From assembly GCA_021157605.1 (NCBI GenBank), contig JAGGWG010000020.1:1110-65109 (forward strand): a stretch of 64,000 nucleotides of DNA, given 5' to 3'. Shown piece by piece: positions 18,565-28,670 of the stretch. The translations under genes and the position numbers were made by a program. The notes beneath the pieces are model-generated. The model worked only from the letters and a program-made list of their open reading frames with translations, was not told the origin of the DNA and made no database searches. The stretch's first letter is position 1; each line of letters begins with the position of its first letter. This DNA is from a bacterium. GTDB taxonomy: Bacteria; Patescibacteriota; UBA1384; JAGGWG01.

Positions 18565-18993
18565 TTATATCTCTTCTGTCTCTATACCCATACTTTTAGC
18601 TGTACCTACCACTATCTTCATCGCTGCTTCTAAATCATTAGTATTAAGATCAGGCATCTTTATTTTAGCTATTTCCTCAATCTGCTGGCGAGTTAATCTG
18701 CCTACTTTTTTCTTATTAGGTTCACCCGAACCTTTGGCAATATTAAGAGTTTTTTTAATTAATTCTGAAACAGGCGGTGTCTTTACTACCAAATCAAATG
18801 TTCTGTCTTTATAAACCACTACCTCAGCTGTCACCTTCATACCTTTGTTTTCTTGAGTAAGCTGATTAAACTTATTGCAAAACTCAACAATATTCACTCC
18901 GTACTGGCCCAAAGCCGGACCCAAAGGAGGTGCAGGAGTAGCTTCGCCTGCTTTAGCCTGAATTTTAAACTTTACTTCTATCTCTTTTGCCAT
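18565..18993 (-). CDS. rplK: 50S ribosomal protein L11
   Basis: [24 protein letters not shown] matches the L11 N-terminal domain. Confidence 0.9.
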   Translation of the reverse strand: MAKEIEVKFKIQAKAGEATPAPPLGPALGQYGVNIVEFCNKFNQLTQENKGMKVTAEVVVYKDRTFDLVVKTPPVSELIKKTLNIAKGSGEPNKKKVGRLTRQQIEEIAKIKMPDLNTNDLEAAMKIVVGTAKSMGIETEEI

Positions 18994-19007
18994 AACTTAT
19001 TATTATT

Positions 19008-19613
19008 TTAGATTTTGCGCGCTTGGTTAAACTCCACCTCAACAGGAGTCTCCCGACCAAACATATTTACCAAAACCTTAAGTTTACCTTTGGATTCATC
19101 TACTTCCTCTACTACCCCTTCAAAATCCTTAAATGTACCCCGAGTAATGCGGACATGTTCTCCTGCCTTAAAATCAGCCGCATAAACAGGCTCCTGTCTT
19201 TTAATCCGACCAAAAATTTCATTTAGTTCTTTGGGGTTGATTGGCGAGGGACGTGTGCCAAAACCTAAAAACCCAGTCACGCCGGGGGTGTTACGCACCA
19301 CATACCAAGAAGCATTATCCACTATCATCTCTACCAAAACATAACCCGGGTAAATATGCTTTTTTATTACTTTTTTCTCCCCTCCTTTAAGCTCTATCTG
19401 TTTCTCCTTAGGAGCAATGACTTGAAAAATTTTGTCTTCCATACCGAAAGATTTGACCCGTTGTTTAAGCTGCTTCACCACCCGATCCTCATAACCAGAA
19501 TTGGCATGAATCACATACCACCGCGCCTTAGGATGGGAAGAAAGCTTAAATCCTTGTTTGCGCTTAGAGTCTATCTTTTTTTTCTTGCTTTTTTTCTTTT
19601 CTGCTTTTGCCAT
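19008..19613 (-). CDS. nusG: Transcription termination/antitermination factor NusG (with Lys-rich N-terminal extension)
   Basis: NGN domain (WYVIHANSGYEDRV) and C-terminal KOW; the conserved secE-nusG-rplK order. Confidence 0.9.
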   Translation of the reverse strand: MAKAEKKKSKKKKIDSKRKQGFKLSSHPKARWYVIHANSGYEDRVVKQLKQRVKSFGMEDKIFQVIAPKEKQIELKGGEKKVIKKHIYPGYVLVEMIVDNASWYVVRNTPGVTGFLGFGTRPSPINPKELNEIFGRIKRQEPVYAADFKAGEHVRITRGTFKDFEGVVEEVDESKGKLKVLVNMFGRETPVEVEFNQARKI

Positions 19614-19623
19614 AGCTTTTATT

Positions 19624-19815
19624 TTATTTTAAAGCCACATACCAATTTATTAACTTGGCTAACACATAGTCAATACCAGCTACAACTAAAATGGAAATCA
19701 AAATAGCAATAATAACAATAACAGCGTTATAAACCACTACCTCTCTTTTTGGCCACTGGATCTGTTTTGTCTCCCTAACTACCCCTTGAAAAAAATCTCT
19801 TATTTTAGCCAACAT
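19624..19815 (-). CDS. secE: Preprotein translocase subunit SecE
   Basis: 63-aa single-TM protein directly upstream of nusG; the amphipathic N-terminus plus TM pattern is typical of SecE. Confidence 0.75.
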   Translation of the reverse strand: MLAKIRDFFQGVVRETKQIQWPKREVVVYNAVIVIIAILISILVVAGIDYVLAKLINWYVALK

Positions 19816-19820
19816 AATCT

Positions 19821-20186
19821 TTATTTACCTTGTTTTATACTCTCCACTCTGACTAAAGAATAAAGAGTACGAACCCCCTTTTTGCGGTGATAGCCTGTTT
19901 TTGGCTTGTATTTAAAGGCTATCTTTTTTTCTCCCTTTAGTTCTGACTCTACTACCTTAAGATGACAAACATAACTCCTGACTTCTGGTTTTCCTATTAA
20001 AACCTTATTGCCGTCAACAACCAAATAAGGCTTGATTTTAAGGCTTTTCTTGCCCTTAAGATAATCAACCAAAAACTCCTCCCCTTCTTTTATTAAAAAC
20101 TGCTGCCCAGACAAAAAAATCACCGCCACCTTCAGCTTTTTCTTTTGGGATTGAGAAGTTTTGTTTTGAGTTTTTGTCTTTGCCAT
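19821..20186 (-). CDS. rplU: 50S ribosomal protein L21 (with Lys-rich N-terminal extension)
   Basis: KIAFKYKPKTGYHRKKGVRTLYSLVRVESI matches the L21 C-terminal consensus (KI.VFKYK.KKNYRRKQGHRQ.YTK..I..I). Confidence 0.7.
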   Translation of the reverse strand: MAKTKTQNKTSQSQKKKLKVAVIFLSGQQFLIKEGEEFLVDYLKGKKSLKIKPYLVVDGNKVLIGKPEVRSYVCHLKVVESELKGEKKIAFKYKPKTGYHRKKGVRTLYSLVRVESIKQGK

Positions 20187-20268
20187 AAGAAAATTTTTAA
20201 CTCCAGAATTTTAACAGAGATAAGCCCCTCTGTCAATCAAAAGCCCTACAAATATCTTAAAATTAATT

Positions 20269-21345
20269 TTAGCTAAACTCAAGTTTGCGACTACGACGGC
20301 AAATATTAGAAATAATACCTAAGATTAAATAACTGGTCAGCAAAGAAGACCCCCCATAACCCAAAAAAACCAAAGGCAGACCAGTAATAGGCATAATTCC
20401 TAAATTCATACCAATATTAACTATAATTTGAAAAAGAAAAATAGAACCAAAAGCCAATGTTGCTAAATAAGCCAACTCTTCTTCAGCTTGATAAGCAATC
20501 TGCAAAATTCTAAAAACTAAACCCAGACATAGAAGGATTATTATCAGTGAACCAGCAAAACCCAATGCTTCGGCAGCGGTAGCAAAGATAAAATCAGCAT
20601 ACCTAATAGGAAGAAATTGTAATTGGCTTTGGGTCCCCCTTCCCAAGCCTTTTCCCCACATCCCCCCTGAACCTATAGCTATCATTGACTGCCAAACATT
20701 GTATCCAGAACCCAAAATATCTTCTTTAGGATTCAAAAAAGTAAAGATTCTTTCCTTTTGGTAAGGCTTGAGGACAAAATTAAAAACCAAAGGAATACTA
20801 ATCAAAAGAATAGCTAGAAAAATATACAAAAATTTGCGGTTTTTGCCTGAAAAAAAATAGATTAAAACCCCTGAAACCAAATAAACAATCGCTGTCCCTA
20901 AATCAGGTTCTTTAGCCACCAAAAACACAGGCAAAAACAATAAAAATAAAAAAATAAAAAATTCTTTGGCCTCTACCCTTTTCTGTTCTTTTAGATAACC
21001 AACTAAACTTATAACCAAAATAACTTTAAAAATCTCTGAAGGCTGAAGGTTAAAAAAACCAAGACTAATCCACCGCGAAGAACCAAACTTAGTTTCCCCT
21101 ACAATTAAAACCACAACCAATAATAAAACTCCAAAAACATAAAGATAAGGCCAAAAACCAAATAGAGTTTGGTAATAAAGACGAGAAAAAGAAAAGAAAA
21201 CTATCAGACCCAACACAAGGAAAACGCCCTGATAAATCGCTAAATGATCCTCACCTGAAAGAGTAGCCAAAAGAAGAATGCTTAAAAGAGAAAGGAAAAG
21301 AGCCGGCAAAAGAAGCCAAAGATCAAAAGAAAACCATTTTTTCAT
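20269..21345 (-). CDS. SEDS-family peptidoglycan glycosyltransferase (RodA/FtsW-like)
   Basis: GSGYNVWQSMIAIGSGGMWGKGLGRGTQSQLQFLP and ten TM helices. A second SEDS gene (ftsW) lies in the dcw cluster, so this copy is probably RodA. Confidence 0.8.
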   Translation of the reverse strand: MKKWFSFDLWLLLPALFLSLLSILLLATLSGEDHLAIYQGVFLVLGLIVFFSFSRLYYQTLFGFWPYLYVFGVLLLVVVLIVGETKFGSSRWISLGFFNLQPSEIFKVILVISLVGYLKEQKRVEAKEFFIFLFLLFLPVFLVAKEPDLGTAIVYLVSGVLIYFFSGKNRKFLYIFLAILLISIPLVFNFVLKPYQKERIFTFLNPKEDILGSGYNVWQSMIAIGSGGMWGKGLGRGTQSQLQFLPIRYADFIFATAAEALGFAGSLIIILLCLGLVFRILQIAYQAEEELAYLATLAFGSIFLFQIIVNIGMNLGIMPITGLPLVFLGYGGSSLLTSYLILGIISNICRRSRKLEFS

Positions 21346-24161
21346 TGGTATATCTTCACTTCTATATTAGCATCCAATAAAAACTGGGAGAGCTGCTTTT
21401 TACCTTTTTTTATCCTGAGCTCAGAATTAGTCTCTGCTTCCACCTCTTTAATAATTGAAGAAATAGCTTTTTCTGAACATTCTAAACAAAATACCGCATT
21501 TTGCCCATATTTATAACCCAATTTTTTACGTAAAGACTGAATTTGTCTCACCAATTCCCTCTTAAAACCTTCCTTTTTTAAAGCCGGGGTTATTTCTGTA
21601 TTCAGACCAAGTTTTTTTCTTGTTTTTACTTCTTTAACATTTACCTCTCCTTTGATTAAATCTGCTTCCTCTTGACTAACAGAAAAAGGCAAATAAGCCG
21701 CAGCCAAGGGCTGGCGAACTTTAATTTTTGCTTTGCTTCTCAACTCTAAAAGATCAGAAATCGCTTCTCTAATAAGCTCCATTTTTTTCAAAACATCCAA
21801 TTCAGGTTTTTGAGTAGTTTCTATCTGGCACAAATGAACACTTATAGGATCCTTTTCTTCTCTTAGTTTTTGAAAAATAATCTCACTTAAATAAGGCAAA
21901 AAAGGAGCTGAAAGAATGGAGAACTTTTTCAACACTTGGGATAAAATATAAAGTTTAGCGGTCGCTGAATTTTTATCCTTAATCAAACTCTTAACTCTGC
22001 GTACATACCAAAGAGAAAGTTCAGCAATAAAATCCTCAATTTTGCGAGCTGCTTTAACTAATTCATAGTTTTCCATCAACTCAATAACCTCTTGAGAAGT
22101 TCTCTCCAACAAAACAATAATCCATTTGTCTAAAAAGTGAAGTTTTCGCGGGCGCTTAAAATTATCAATCTTATATGTTTTAGCTGTGTAGTCTAAAAAG
22201 AGATAACAGTTGTAAAAACGCATTATTACATTGCGAAATGTATGCGCTAAAAGTCGCTCAGAAAAACGGTAGTTTTGCCCTAAAGGAGCAGAGCTAAGCA
22301 GAAAAAAACGCAAACTGTCAGCCCCATACTGATCAAAAACCCGCTGAGGATCAGGATAATTCTTTAAGCGCTTGCTAAGTTTTTTGCCATCTTCTGCCAA
22401 AATAATACCGTTAACTACTGCATTTTTAAAAGCAGGTTTATTTTTACCTAAACCGATATTTTTTAAAGTAAGAATGGCAGCTAAAACATGAAGCGTGTAG
22501 AACCACCCCCGTGTCTGATCTAAACCTTCAGCAATAAAATCTGCAGGGAAAGATTTTTCTGCTTTATTCTTATTTTCAAAAGGATAGTGCCAATGAGCAT
22601 AAGGCATTGATCCTGATTCAAACCAGCAGTCAAAAACCTCAGGCACTCTCCTCATTAACCCCTGACATTTAGGGCAGCTGTAAGTAACCTTATCAATATC
22701 AGGACGGTGTAGATCTTCAGGAACCTCTGCTCCTTTATCTTTCAACTCTTGAACCGAACCAATAACTTCCTGATAATGACAGCTCTCACACTCCCATATA
22801 GGCAAAGGAGCGCCCCAATAACGGTTTCTGGAAATAGCCCAGTCTTTAGCTTCAGCTAACCATTTGCCAAAACGCCCGTGTTTTAGATAATGGGGCAACC
22901 AGTGAATTTCTTCATTGTTTTTAAGCAACTGTTCTTTCAAAGCTGACACCTTCACATAGTAAGTTTCTACAGGATAATAAAGCAAAGGGGTTTCGCAACG
23001 CCAACAGTAAGGATAGCTATGTTTTACTTCTTCTTTTTTAAAAAGTAAGCCCCTTTCCTGAAGATCAGCTATCACCTTTTCATCTGCCTCCTTAATCCAG
23101 AGATTTTTGCCGGGTTCAACCAAACTCTTACCTTCCCCGTCAACTGTCAAAAGAATAGGAAGACCATTCTTTCTTCCCAACTCCATATCATCTTCTCCAA
23201 ACGCTGGGGCAATATGAACTATACCTGTACCCTCTTCCAAATTAACAAAATCACCTTCATAAACCTGATAAACCTTATCAATTTTTTCATTTTTGGGCAA
23301 TAAATTTAGAGCTTGAGGGTACAGAGGCTCATACTCAGAACCAAGCAAATCTTCTTTTTTTAGGGTAGCAATTTTTTTATAGTTAATATTCTCTAAAACC
23401 GGCAACCTCTCTTCAGCTAAAATCAAATTTTTATCCCCCACCTTGATTTTTACATAACGAAAATCACCTATAGCCAAAGCTAAGTTAGCTGATAAGGTCC
23501 AAGGTGTAGTTGTCCAGACCAAAAAATAAGTATTGGCTTCACCTTTGAGTTTGAAAAGAACATATATTGATTTATCCCTTACATCACGATACCCTTCGCT
23601 TACTTCAAAATTAGACAACGGTGTGCCGCAACGTGGGCAATACCCAGTAACTTTAAAATGCTTGTAAAGAAGACCCAGTTTATCAACCTCTTTCAAAACC
23701 CACCAAACCGTCTCAATATAAGAATTATCCATTGTGTAATAAGCGTTCTTGTAATCTGCCCAACGACCCAAGCGAGTCAAAACCTTAACAAAATCATCAA
23801 TATGACGTGTAACCGCTTGCCGACAAGCCTGATTAAATTTTCGAATACCTAATTTTTCAATCTCTTTTTTGGAACGAATACCAAGCTCTTTTTCTATTAA
23901 GGTCTCTACCGGCAAACCATGGCAGTCCCACCCCACTCTTCTTTCTACTTTATACCCACGCTGGCTAAAAAATCGACAAACAGTATCTTTTATAGACGAA
24001 GCTAAAATATGGCCGTAATGAGGTTTACCAGTAGCAAAAGGGGGGCCGTCATAAAAACTAAAGTTTTTCTTCTTGCCCTTAAGCGTCTTTTGATAAATCT
24101 TGTTTTTTTGCCAAAAAGAGAGTATCTCTTCTTCTTTTTGGCTAAAATTAAAACCGCTCAT
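21342..24161 (-). CDS. ileS: Isoleucyl-tRNA synthetase, eukaryote-like (type 2)
   Basis: PPFATGKPHYGHIL (type-2 IleS HIGH region), GWDCHGLPVE, KLSKRLKN; 939 aa. Its stop TGA overlaps the ATG of the downstream SEDS gene. Confidence 0.9.
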   Translation of the reverse strand: MSGFNFSQKEEEILSFWQKNKIYQKTLKGKKKNFSFYDGPPFATGKPHYGHILASSIKDTVCRFFSQRGYKVERRVGWDCHGLPVETLIEKELGIRSKKEIEKLGIRKFNQACRQAVTRHIDDFVKVLTRLGRWADYKNAYYTMDNSYIETVWWVLKEVDKLGLLYKHFKVTGYCPRCGTPLSNFEVSEGYRDVRDKSIYVLFKLKGEANTYFLVWTTTPWTLSANLALAIGDFRYVKIKVGDKNLILAEERLPVLENINYKKIATLKKEDLLGSEYEPLYPQALNLLPKNEKIDKVYQVYEGDFVNLEEGTGIVHIAPAFGEDDMELGRKNGLPILLTVDGEGKSLVEPGKNLWIKEADEKVIADLQERGLLFKKEEVKHSYPYCWRCETPLLYYPVETYYVKVSALKEQLLKNNEEIHWLPHYLKHGRFGKWLAEAKDWAISRNRYWGAPLPIWECESCHYQEVIGSVQELKDKGAEVPEDLHRPDIDKVTYSCPKCQGLMRRVPEVFDCWFESGSMPYAHWHYPFENKNKAEKSFPADFIAEGLDQTRGWFYTLHVLAAILTLKNIGLGKNKPAFKNAVVNGIILAEDGKKLSKRLKNYPDPQRVFDQYGADSLRFFLLSSAPLGQNYRFSERLLAHTFRNVIMRFYNCYLFLDYTAKTYKIDNFKRPRKLHFLDKWIIVLLERTSQEVIELMENYELVKAARKIEDFIAELSLWYVRRVKSLIKDKNSATAKLYILSQVLKKFSILSAPFLPYLSEIIFQKLREEKDPISVHLCQIETTQKPELDVLKKMELIREAISDLLELRSKAKIKVRQPLAAAYLPFSVSQEEADLIKGEVNVKEVKTRKKLGLNTEITPALKKEGFKRELVRQIQSLRKKLGYKYGQNAVFCLECSEKAISSIIKEVEAETNSELRIKKGKKQLSQFLLDANIEVKIYQ

Positions 24162-24619
24162 TGTTCTTTTTTAGTTTGGATTTTATCTAAAATTTGGTTA
24201 ACTAATTTATCAGCACGACTATTCTTTTTGCGGGGGATATAAACAAACTCAACTTCCATTCTAGTTTCCCAAATCAAACGCTTAATTGCAATAAAAAACT
24301 TCTGCATCCGTTCATTTTTAACTTTAAAATTTCCGCCTAGCTGTTTGGCTACCAACAAGGAATCAAGAAAAAAAATTGCTTTTTTAACCTTAAGTTTTTT
24401 GAGATGCTTTAAAGCCAAAATCACTGCCCGATATTCAGCCTCATTATTTGTCCCCTTGCCCCAAAACTTGCCTCCTTTTGCTATCAATTTACGCTTAGGA
24501 GATAGAACAAGATAAGCTGAAGCTGAGGGACCGGGGTTGCCCCTAGAAGCACCATCGCAATAAACAAAAAAATTTTCTTTCATCTGTTTTATCTTATCAG
24601 AAGCAAGTTTTCTTATCAA
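24158..24619 (-). CDS. rnhA: Ribonuclease HI
   Basis: VYCDGASRGNPGPSASAYLV RNase H-fold motif; 153 aa. Confidence 0.8.
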   Translation of the reverse strand: MIRKLASDKIKQMKENFFVYCDGASRGNPGPSASAYLVLSPKRKLIAKGGKFWGKGTNNEAEYRAVILALKHLKKLKVKKAIFFLDSLLVAKQLGGNFKVKNERMQKFFIAIKRLIWETRMEVEFVYIPRKKNSRADKLVNQILDKIQTKKEQ

Positions 24620-25551
24620 AACTCTGCCTGATAAATAGAATAATCCAAAACATCAGAAATACTCTTTAGGCGGTTGGGAAATTTAACAAATAAAGTGCGG
24701 CAATCAGTTGCAGAACATCCGTTACTAATAATTAATGTTTCCGGAACGCCTAATTTATCACCAGAGCCAAAATTAAAATAAAGTTGACCAGCGCTGTTAA
24801 AAACCTTAATTTTTAATAAGCGGAAACGAGAAAAATTACGCACCATAAAACTGCATTTCTCTACTCCGTTTTCGTAAGCGCACCTTGTCCTACTTAATCG
24901 CAGTTGATTTTCTCCGCTGCCAAAAAGAGAGCCCAAAGACTCCAATCGGGATGAGCCACCAACGAAATGATAGCGCACCAACCCCTCAATCATCTCTTGA
25001 TTATTAGGATCTTCAGCCCTGAACCAAACCAAAGCTTTTTCTTTTTCTGCTGGGTTGCTGCCCAAAGGCACAAAACTGACATTTAGACGACCTTCATAGC
25101 GAGAAACATCAAAAAGAAGCGAGTCATCCTTTTTAAGGTCAAAAATTTGCGGGGAAACAGCAGTATAGCTACTTATGGCAAGAGTGTTATTAAAATTACT
25201 ATCGTAGTAATGAACTCGTGGGTAATGAGTTGCCTTTTGGTAATAACTACGAGCACTACTAAAATCTAAATATTCGGAAGTTGTAGAACTCAAAAAACCT
25301 TTTATTGCTGTCCTTGGCCAATTTAGAAAAAGAAGCGAATCAGAATTGTAAGGTGTATAGTTATCAATTTTGTATAAAGCTGTCTCAATTCCTCCCCAAG
25401 CCATCCAGTACTTTAACTCATCTTGGTAAGACTGACGCCTAGATAGCACAGAAAAAACCACTAAATTAAAACTCAATTGCATTATTGCGACCAAAGCTCC
25501 TATAAGCATCACTGAGTAAAGCAAAGCTGAGCCGCGATTTGTCCTTTTCAT
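24616..25551 (-). CDS. Hypothetical bitopic membrane protein at the distal end of the pilus operon (non-canonical pilin-like N-terminus)
   Basis: N-terminal TM MKRTNRGSALLYSVMLIGALVAIM without the G/FTLIE prepilin signature; 4-bp overlaps with the upstream pseudopilin gene and the downstream rnhA. Confidence 0.4.
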   Translation of the reverse strand: MKRTNRGSALLYSVMLIGALVAIMQLSFNLVVFSVLSRRQSYQDELKYWMAWGGIETALYKIDNYTPYNSDSLLFLNWPRTAIKGFLSSTTSEYLDFSSARSYYQKATHYPRVHYYDSNFNNTLAISSYTAVSPQIFDLKKDDSLLFDVSRYEGRLNVSFVPLGSNPAEKEKALVWFRAEDPNNQEMIEGLVRYHFVGGSSRLESLGSLFGSGENQLRLSRTRCAYENGVEKCSFMVRNFSRFRLLKIKVFNSAGQLYFNFGSGDKLGVPETLIISNGCSATDCRTLFVKFPNRLKSISDVLDYSIYQAEF

Positions 25552-26288
25552 AAATAAGGATTAGCTTTAACTAAAGGCACAAAAACTTGCTTAAGCTCTC
25601 GCCAATAGGTTTTCTTGCCCCATTGCTCTACTAAAGTAACCTCCATTTTAACCCATAAATCAAAAGGTCTTATCTCTGTTTGGGGATCAAAAATACTTTT
25701 AGCTACCTTCTTTTGGGACGGCTTAGCTGTTATTTGGAAAAAATGTCTTTTGTTCTTGTCAAAATTACCTAATTCAGACCACCCTACACCCTCTTCGCGC
25801 CAAATAGTTCTGCCGCCCTCCTCTTCTTCAACCCAGTTTTTAACCTTTATTTTGCCTGTTTCCCCGCTATCATCTAACCAAAAAACATATATTTTACCCG
25901 ATCGTTCATCTTTAATATACAAATAACGGCCACGCGCAGAATGGTTTAAAACCCCTCTAATTTTTCTCAAAACTGCATTGTTGTGTTGAGTATTGCCTGG
26001 ATCCAAAAAGTCTTTAGAAGCAAAGAAAAGATTAGCTTTTTTATCCAAAAGAGTTGGCCAAAAGTCAGAACCGTCCAGCAAATCTCCATTAGCTTCCCTT
26101 ACTGCTGACCTGATTGTTTCTGTAATATTTTTAGCGTTTTGCCCCAAAACTACTGTCATTTCCAATTCTTTCCTGCTTCTTAGTGCTCCTGTCAATATGC
26201 CGTACACCACAACTAAAAGAGAAGTAAAAATAAAACTAGCCAACAAAAGCTCAATTAAAGTAAAACCTTTTTGGTTCTTTGCCATCAT
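25548..26288 (-). CDS. Minor pilin / pseudopilin (prepilin-type N-terminal cleavage/methylation domain)
   Basis: MMAKNQKG|FTLIELLL: Gly at -1, Phe at +1, Glu at +5. Confidence 0.7.
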   Translation of the reverse strand: MMAKNQKGFTLIELLLASFIFTSLLVVVYGILTGALRSRKELEMTVVLGQNAKNITETIRSAVREANGDLLDGSDFWPTLLDKKANLFFASKDFLDPGNTQHNNAVLRKIRGVLNHSARGRYLYIKDERSGKIYVFWLDDSGETGKIKVKNWVEEEEGGRTIWREEGVGWSELGNFDKNKRHFFQITAKPSQKKVAKSIFDPQTEIRPFDLWVKMEVTLVEQWGKKTYWRELKQVFVPLVKANPYL

Positions 26289-26290
26289 TT

Positions 26291-26839
26291 TTAAAGATAA
26301 TTGCCAAGTAGGGTGTAGAATTTCTTTATTTTTTCTCTGCCAAACCTATCTTGCCATTTAACCTCAAATTTTACCTTAACCAAACCCTCTTCTTTTTGGG
26401 TAGAATCTCTATCTTTATAAACAGGCTCTAAGCAAAGGCGATAATTAAGACGCACTGAACCACTATCGTTAACTATTTTATTCACCTCCTGCCAAGAATG
26501 AGCGCCCAAAAGAGTATTTATCTTCCAAGTATTGTCGTCCAAAGAAAGATAAAAACAAGAAGCATCTCTCAAAGGCAAGATACTGCTTTCCCAATTAGTT
26601 GTTTTGTCTTTGTCAAAAGCTATTTGGTTCCTATAAGCAACTAAAGCTGAAAACTGCTCTTCAGCTAATAAATTAATATAGCTTTCAGCGTTATGCCTTA
26701 AAATCTCATTTAAATTGTTAATATTCATATAAACCACAATTAAAACTATTCCTCCTAAAATTCCTAAAGAAACCAAAACCTCCATCAAAGTAAAACCTGC
26801 ATTTTTAAAATTTTTAAACCTCTTTAAGCTCAAAGCCAT
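26291..26839 (-). CDS. Minor pilin / pseudopilin
   Basis: ...FKNAG|FTLMEVLVSLGILG prepilin signature. Confidence 0.7.
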   Translation of the reverse strand: MALSLKRFKNFKNAGFTLMEVLVSLGILGGIVLIVVYMNINNLNEILRHNAESYINLLAEEQFSALVAYRNQIAFDKDKTTNWESSILPLRDASCFYLSLDDNTWKINTLLGAHSWQEVNKIVNDSGSVRLNYRLCLEPVYKDRDSTQKEEGLVKVKFEVKWQDRFGREKIKKFYTLLGNYL

Positions 26840-27359
26840 AAATTATCTTCTTTTTATCAACAACCATACACTTTTTCTCTTTTTGGCGCTTAAAACAAAT
26901 CTCGACTAAAAAATCACCATTTTCTTTTTTTAATGTAGGAATAGCATTGATTTTTTCAAGATTTAAACCACCTAAACCCTGATTAAGTATTTCAATTTCT
27001 ATTTTCTCTAAATCACGACCGCCGTTCTTATCTTTCCCCTCAATAACAATATCATTCTCTTGGTAGTTAATAAATGCCAAACATGTTCTCAAAGAAACAC
27101 CAGGTCCTGTTTTACACTCTGTTGCAAATTCCTGGTTTTCAAAATCAAAAGTAATAAATACATCTTGACATCTTCCTTGACGCAATGATTCTTGGGCAAA
27201 AATAAGAGCTTTCTTAGTTCTAATTATTACTGAATCCAGCAGCTCTTTTTGAGACATAGAGGAAAAATTATACAAAACTCCTCCGCTAAGAATAGCAATA
27301 ACACCTAAAACTAAAATTATTTCCACCAAGCTAAAACCCCTATTCTTAGCAAAAGCCAT
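26814..27359 (-). CDS. Minor pilin / pseudopilin
   Basis: MAFAKNRG|FSLVEIILVLGVIAIL prepilin signature. Confidence 0.7.
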   Translation of the reverse strand: MAFAKNRGFSLVEIILVLGVIAILSGGVLYNFSSMSQKELLDSVIIRTKKALIFAQESLRQGRCQDVFITFDFENQEFATECKTGPGVSLRTCLAFINYQENDIVIEGKDKNGGRDLEKIEIEILNQGLGGLNLEKINAIPTLKKENGDFLVEICFKRQKEKKCMVVDKKKIIYGFELKEV

Positions 27360-27373
27360 TACTTTTTATTTTA

Positions 27374-28150
27374 TCACAAAAAATTAAGCAAAAAACCCCT
27401 CGCTTGGGGAAAGAAATAAAGAACAAAAAAAGAAAAAATTAAAAACGGAGCAAAAGGAACCAAGCTTTGACGTTCCTTAACCTTTAACAAAAGCAAAAAA
27501 ACAGCCACTATCCCCCCAAAAACAAAAGCTAACCAAATAAAAATCAAACTCAACCTCCATCCCCAAAAAAGACCCAAAACCCCTCCTAATTTAGCATCAC
27601 CAAGACCAAACCATTTGCCTTGAGAAAATAAATAAAGCGACCAAAAAAGAATAAAAACTAAAACCCCTCCCAACAAACTTTGCCATATTGAGATATTAGC
27701 TAAGGGCGGAATTTTAAAAATATATTTTACTAGCCACAAGCCAAAAATAATTAGAATAAATCCATCAGGAATAACCATTTTTCTAAGATCATAAAAAGCA
27801 ACAACTAAAAGAAAAGAAGTAAAAAAACAGGCAAAAATAAATGCTTTGCTAAAGCCAAACTGCCAAAAAGATAAAACAAAAACTAAACCACTAAACAATT
27901 CGATCAATAATACTCTCCAGCCTATAGGTTGCTGGCAATATCGGCACTTCCCTCTTAAAAGCAAAAAACTAATTAAAGGTATTAAATCTTGAGCATAAAG
28001 ACGGTGGCGGCAATGAGAACAAAAAGAATAACCTCTCAAATTAAGACGCAAACCTTTATGAGAAACAAACTGCAATCTGCTGACTATTACCTCTAAAAAG
28101 CTCCCCCAAATTATCCCACCAACAAAAGCACTTAATAAATTCCAATACAA
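27374..28150 (-). CDS. pilD: Prepilin peptidase (A24 family)
   Basis: N-terminal CSHC...CRYC zinc-binding region, multi-TM body, catalytic GLGDAKL motif. Confidence 0.8.
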   Translation of the reverse strand: MYWNLLSAFVGGIIWGSFLEVIVSRLQFVSHKGLRLNLRGYSFCSHCRHRLYAQDLIPLISFLLLRGKCRYCQQPIGWRVLLIELFSGLVFVLSFWQFGFSKAFIFACFFTSFLLVVAFYDLRKMVIPDGFILIIFGLWLVKYIFKIPPLANISIWQSLLGGVLVFILFWSLYLFSQGKWFGLGDAKLGGVLGLFWGWRLSLIFIWLAFVFGGIVAVFLLLLKVKERQSLVPFAPFLIFSFFVLYFFPQARGFLLNFL

Positions 28151-28171
28151 GATATAATTTAACTCTTTAAC

Positions 28172-28600
28172 CTACATTTCTTGGCAACTCCCTCCTGTAG
28201 AACAAATAAAACGTTTGCCTCTTTTGCTTTCGTAATATGTCTGCACAGTATAATCAGTAATAGAAGCATTATGATAAGAACTCCCCTGCCGCCACGCATA
28301 AGCCCCTATGTCAGTACCCCTGACATTACACGGCCCTATTTTTCCTGTAGCTGGATCACTACTTAAATAGGGGGAAAGATCTGCCCAAGAAGTAGCATAT
28401 TTGCCGTTATCATTGTAATAAGACTCTTGCGCTTCTGAAATAGATCTCACAATTGCTTTTCTTTGCGTATCTCTTGCTTGCGACCTTACTCTTGAGGTGG
28501 CCACTAATACCAAACCAGCCAAAATTCCCAAAATAGCGATTACTGCCAAAAGCTCAATAAGGGTAAAGCCTCTGCTTTGTTTAAGGGCGGTTTTAATCAT
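28172..28600 (-). CDS. pilA: Type IV major pilin (PilA-like) with C-terminal Cys-containing loop
   Basis: MIKTALKQSRG|FTLIELLAVIAILGILAG, and a C-terminus with several Cys (CNVRG...CSTGGSC); 142 aa. Confidence 0.8.
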   Translation of the reverse strand: MIKTALKQSRGFTLIELLAVIAILGILAGLVLVATSRVRSQARDTQRKAIVRSISEAQESYYNDNGKYATSWADLSPYLSSDPATGKIGPCNVRGTDIGAYAWRQGSSYHNASITDYTVQTYYESKRGKRFICSTGGSCQEM

Positions 28601-28670
28601 AACTAATAAATTAGTTTTTAACTATATTAATTTTATTCTATCCCACCTTATCTTCCAAGTTATCCACAAG

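Noticed and set aside
21342-21345. Possible UGA recoding (alternative genetic code)
   Set aside because: ileS ends with TGA inside an ATGA overlap with the downstream gene, and other genes end in TAA or TAG with sensible lengths, so the standard code 11 fits.
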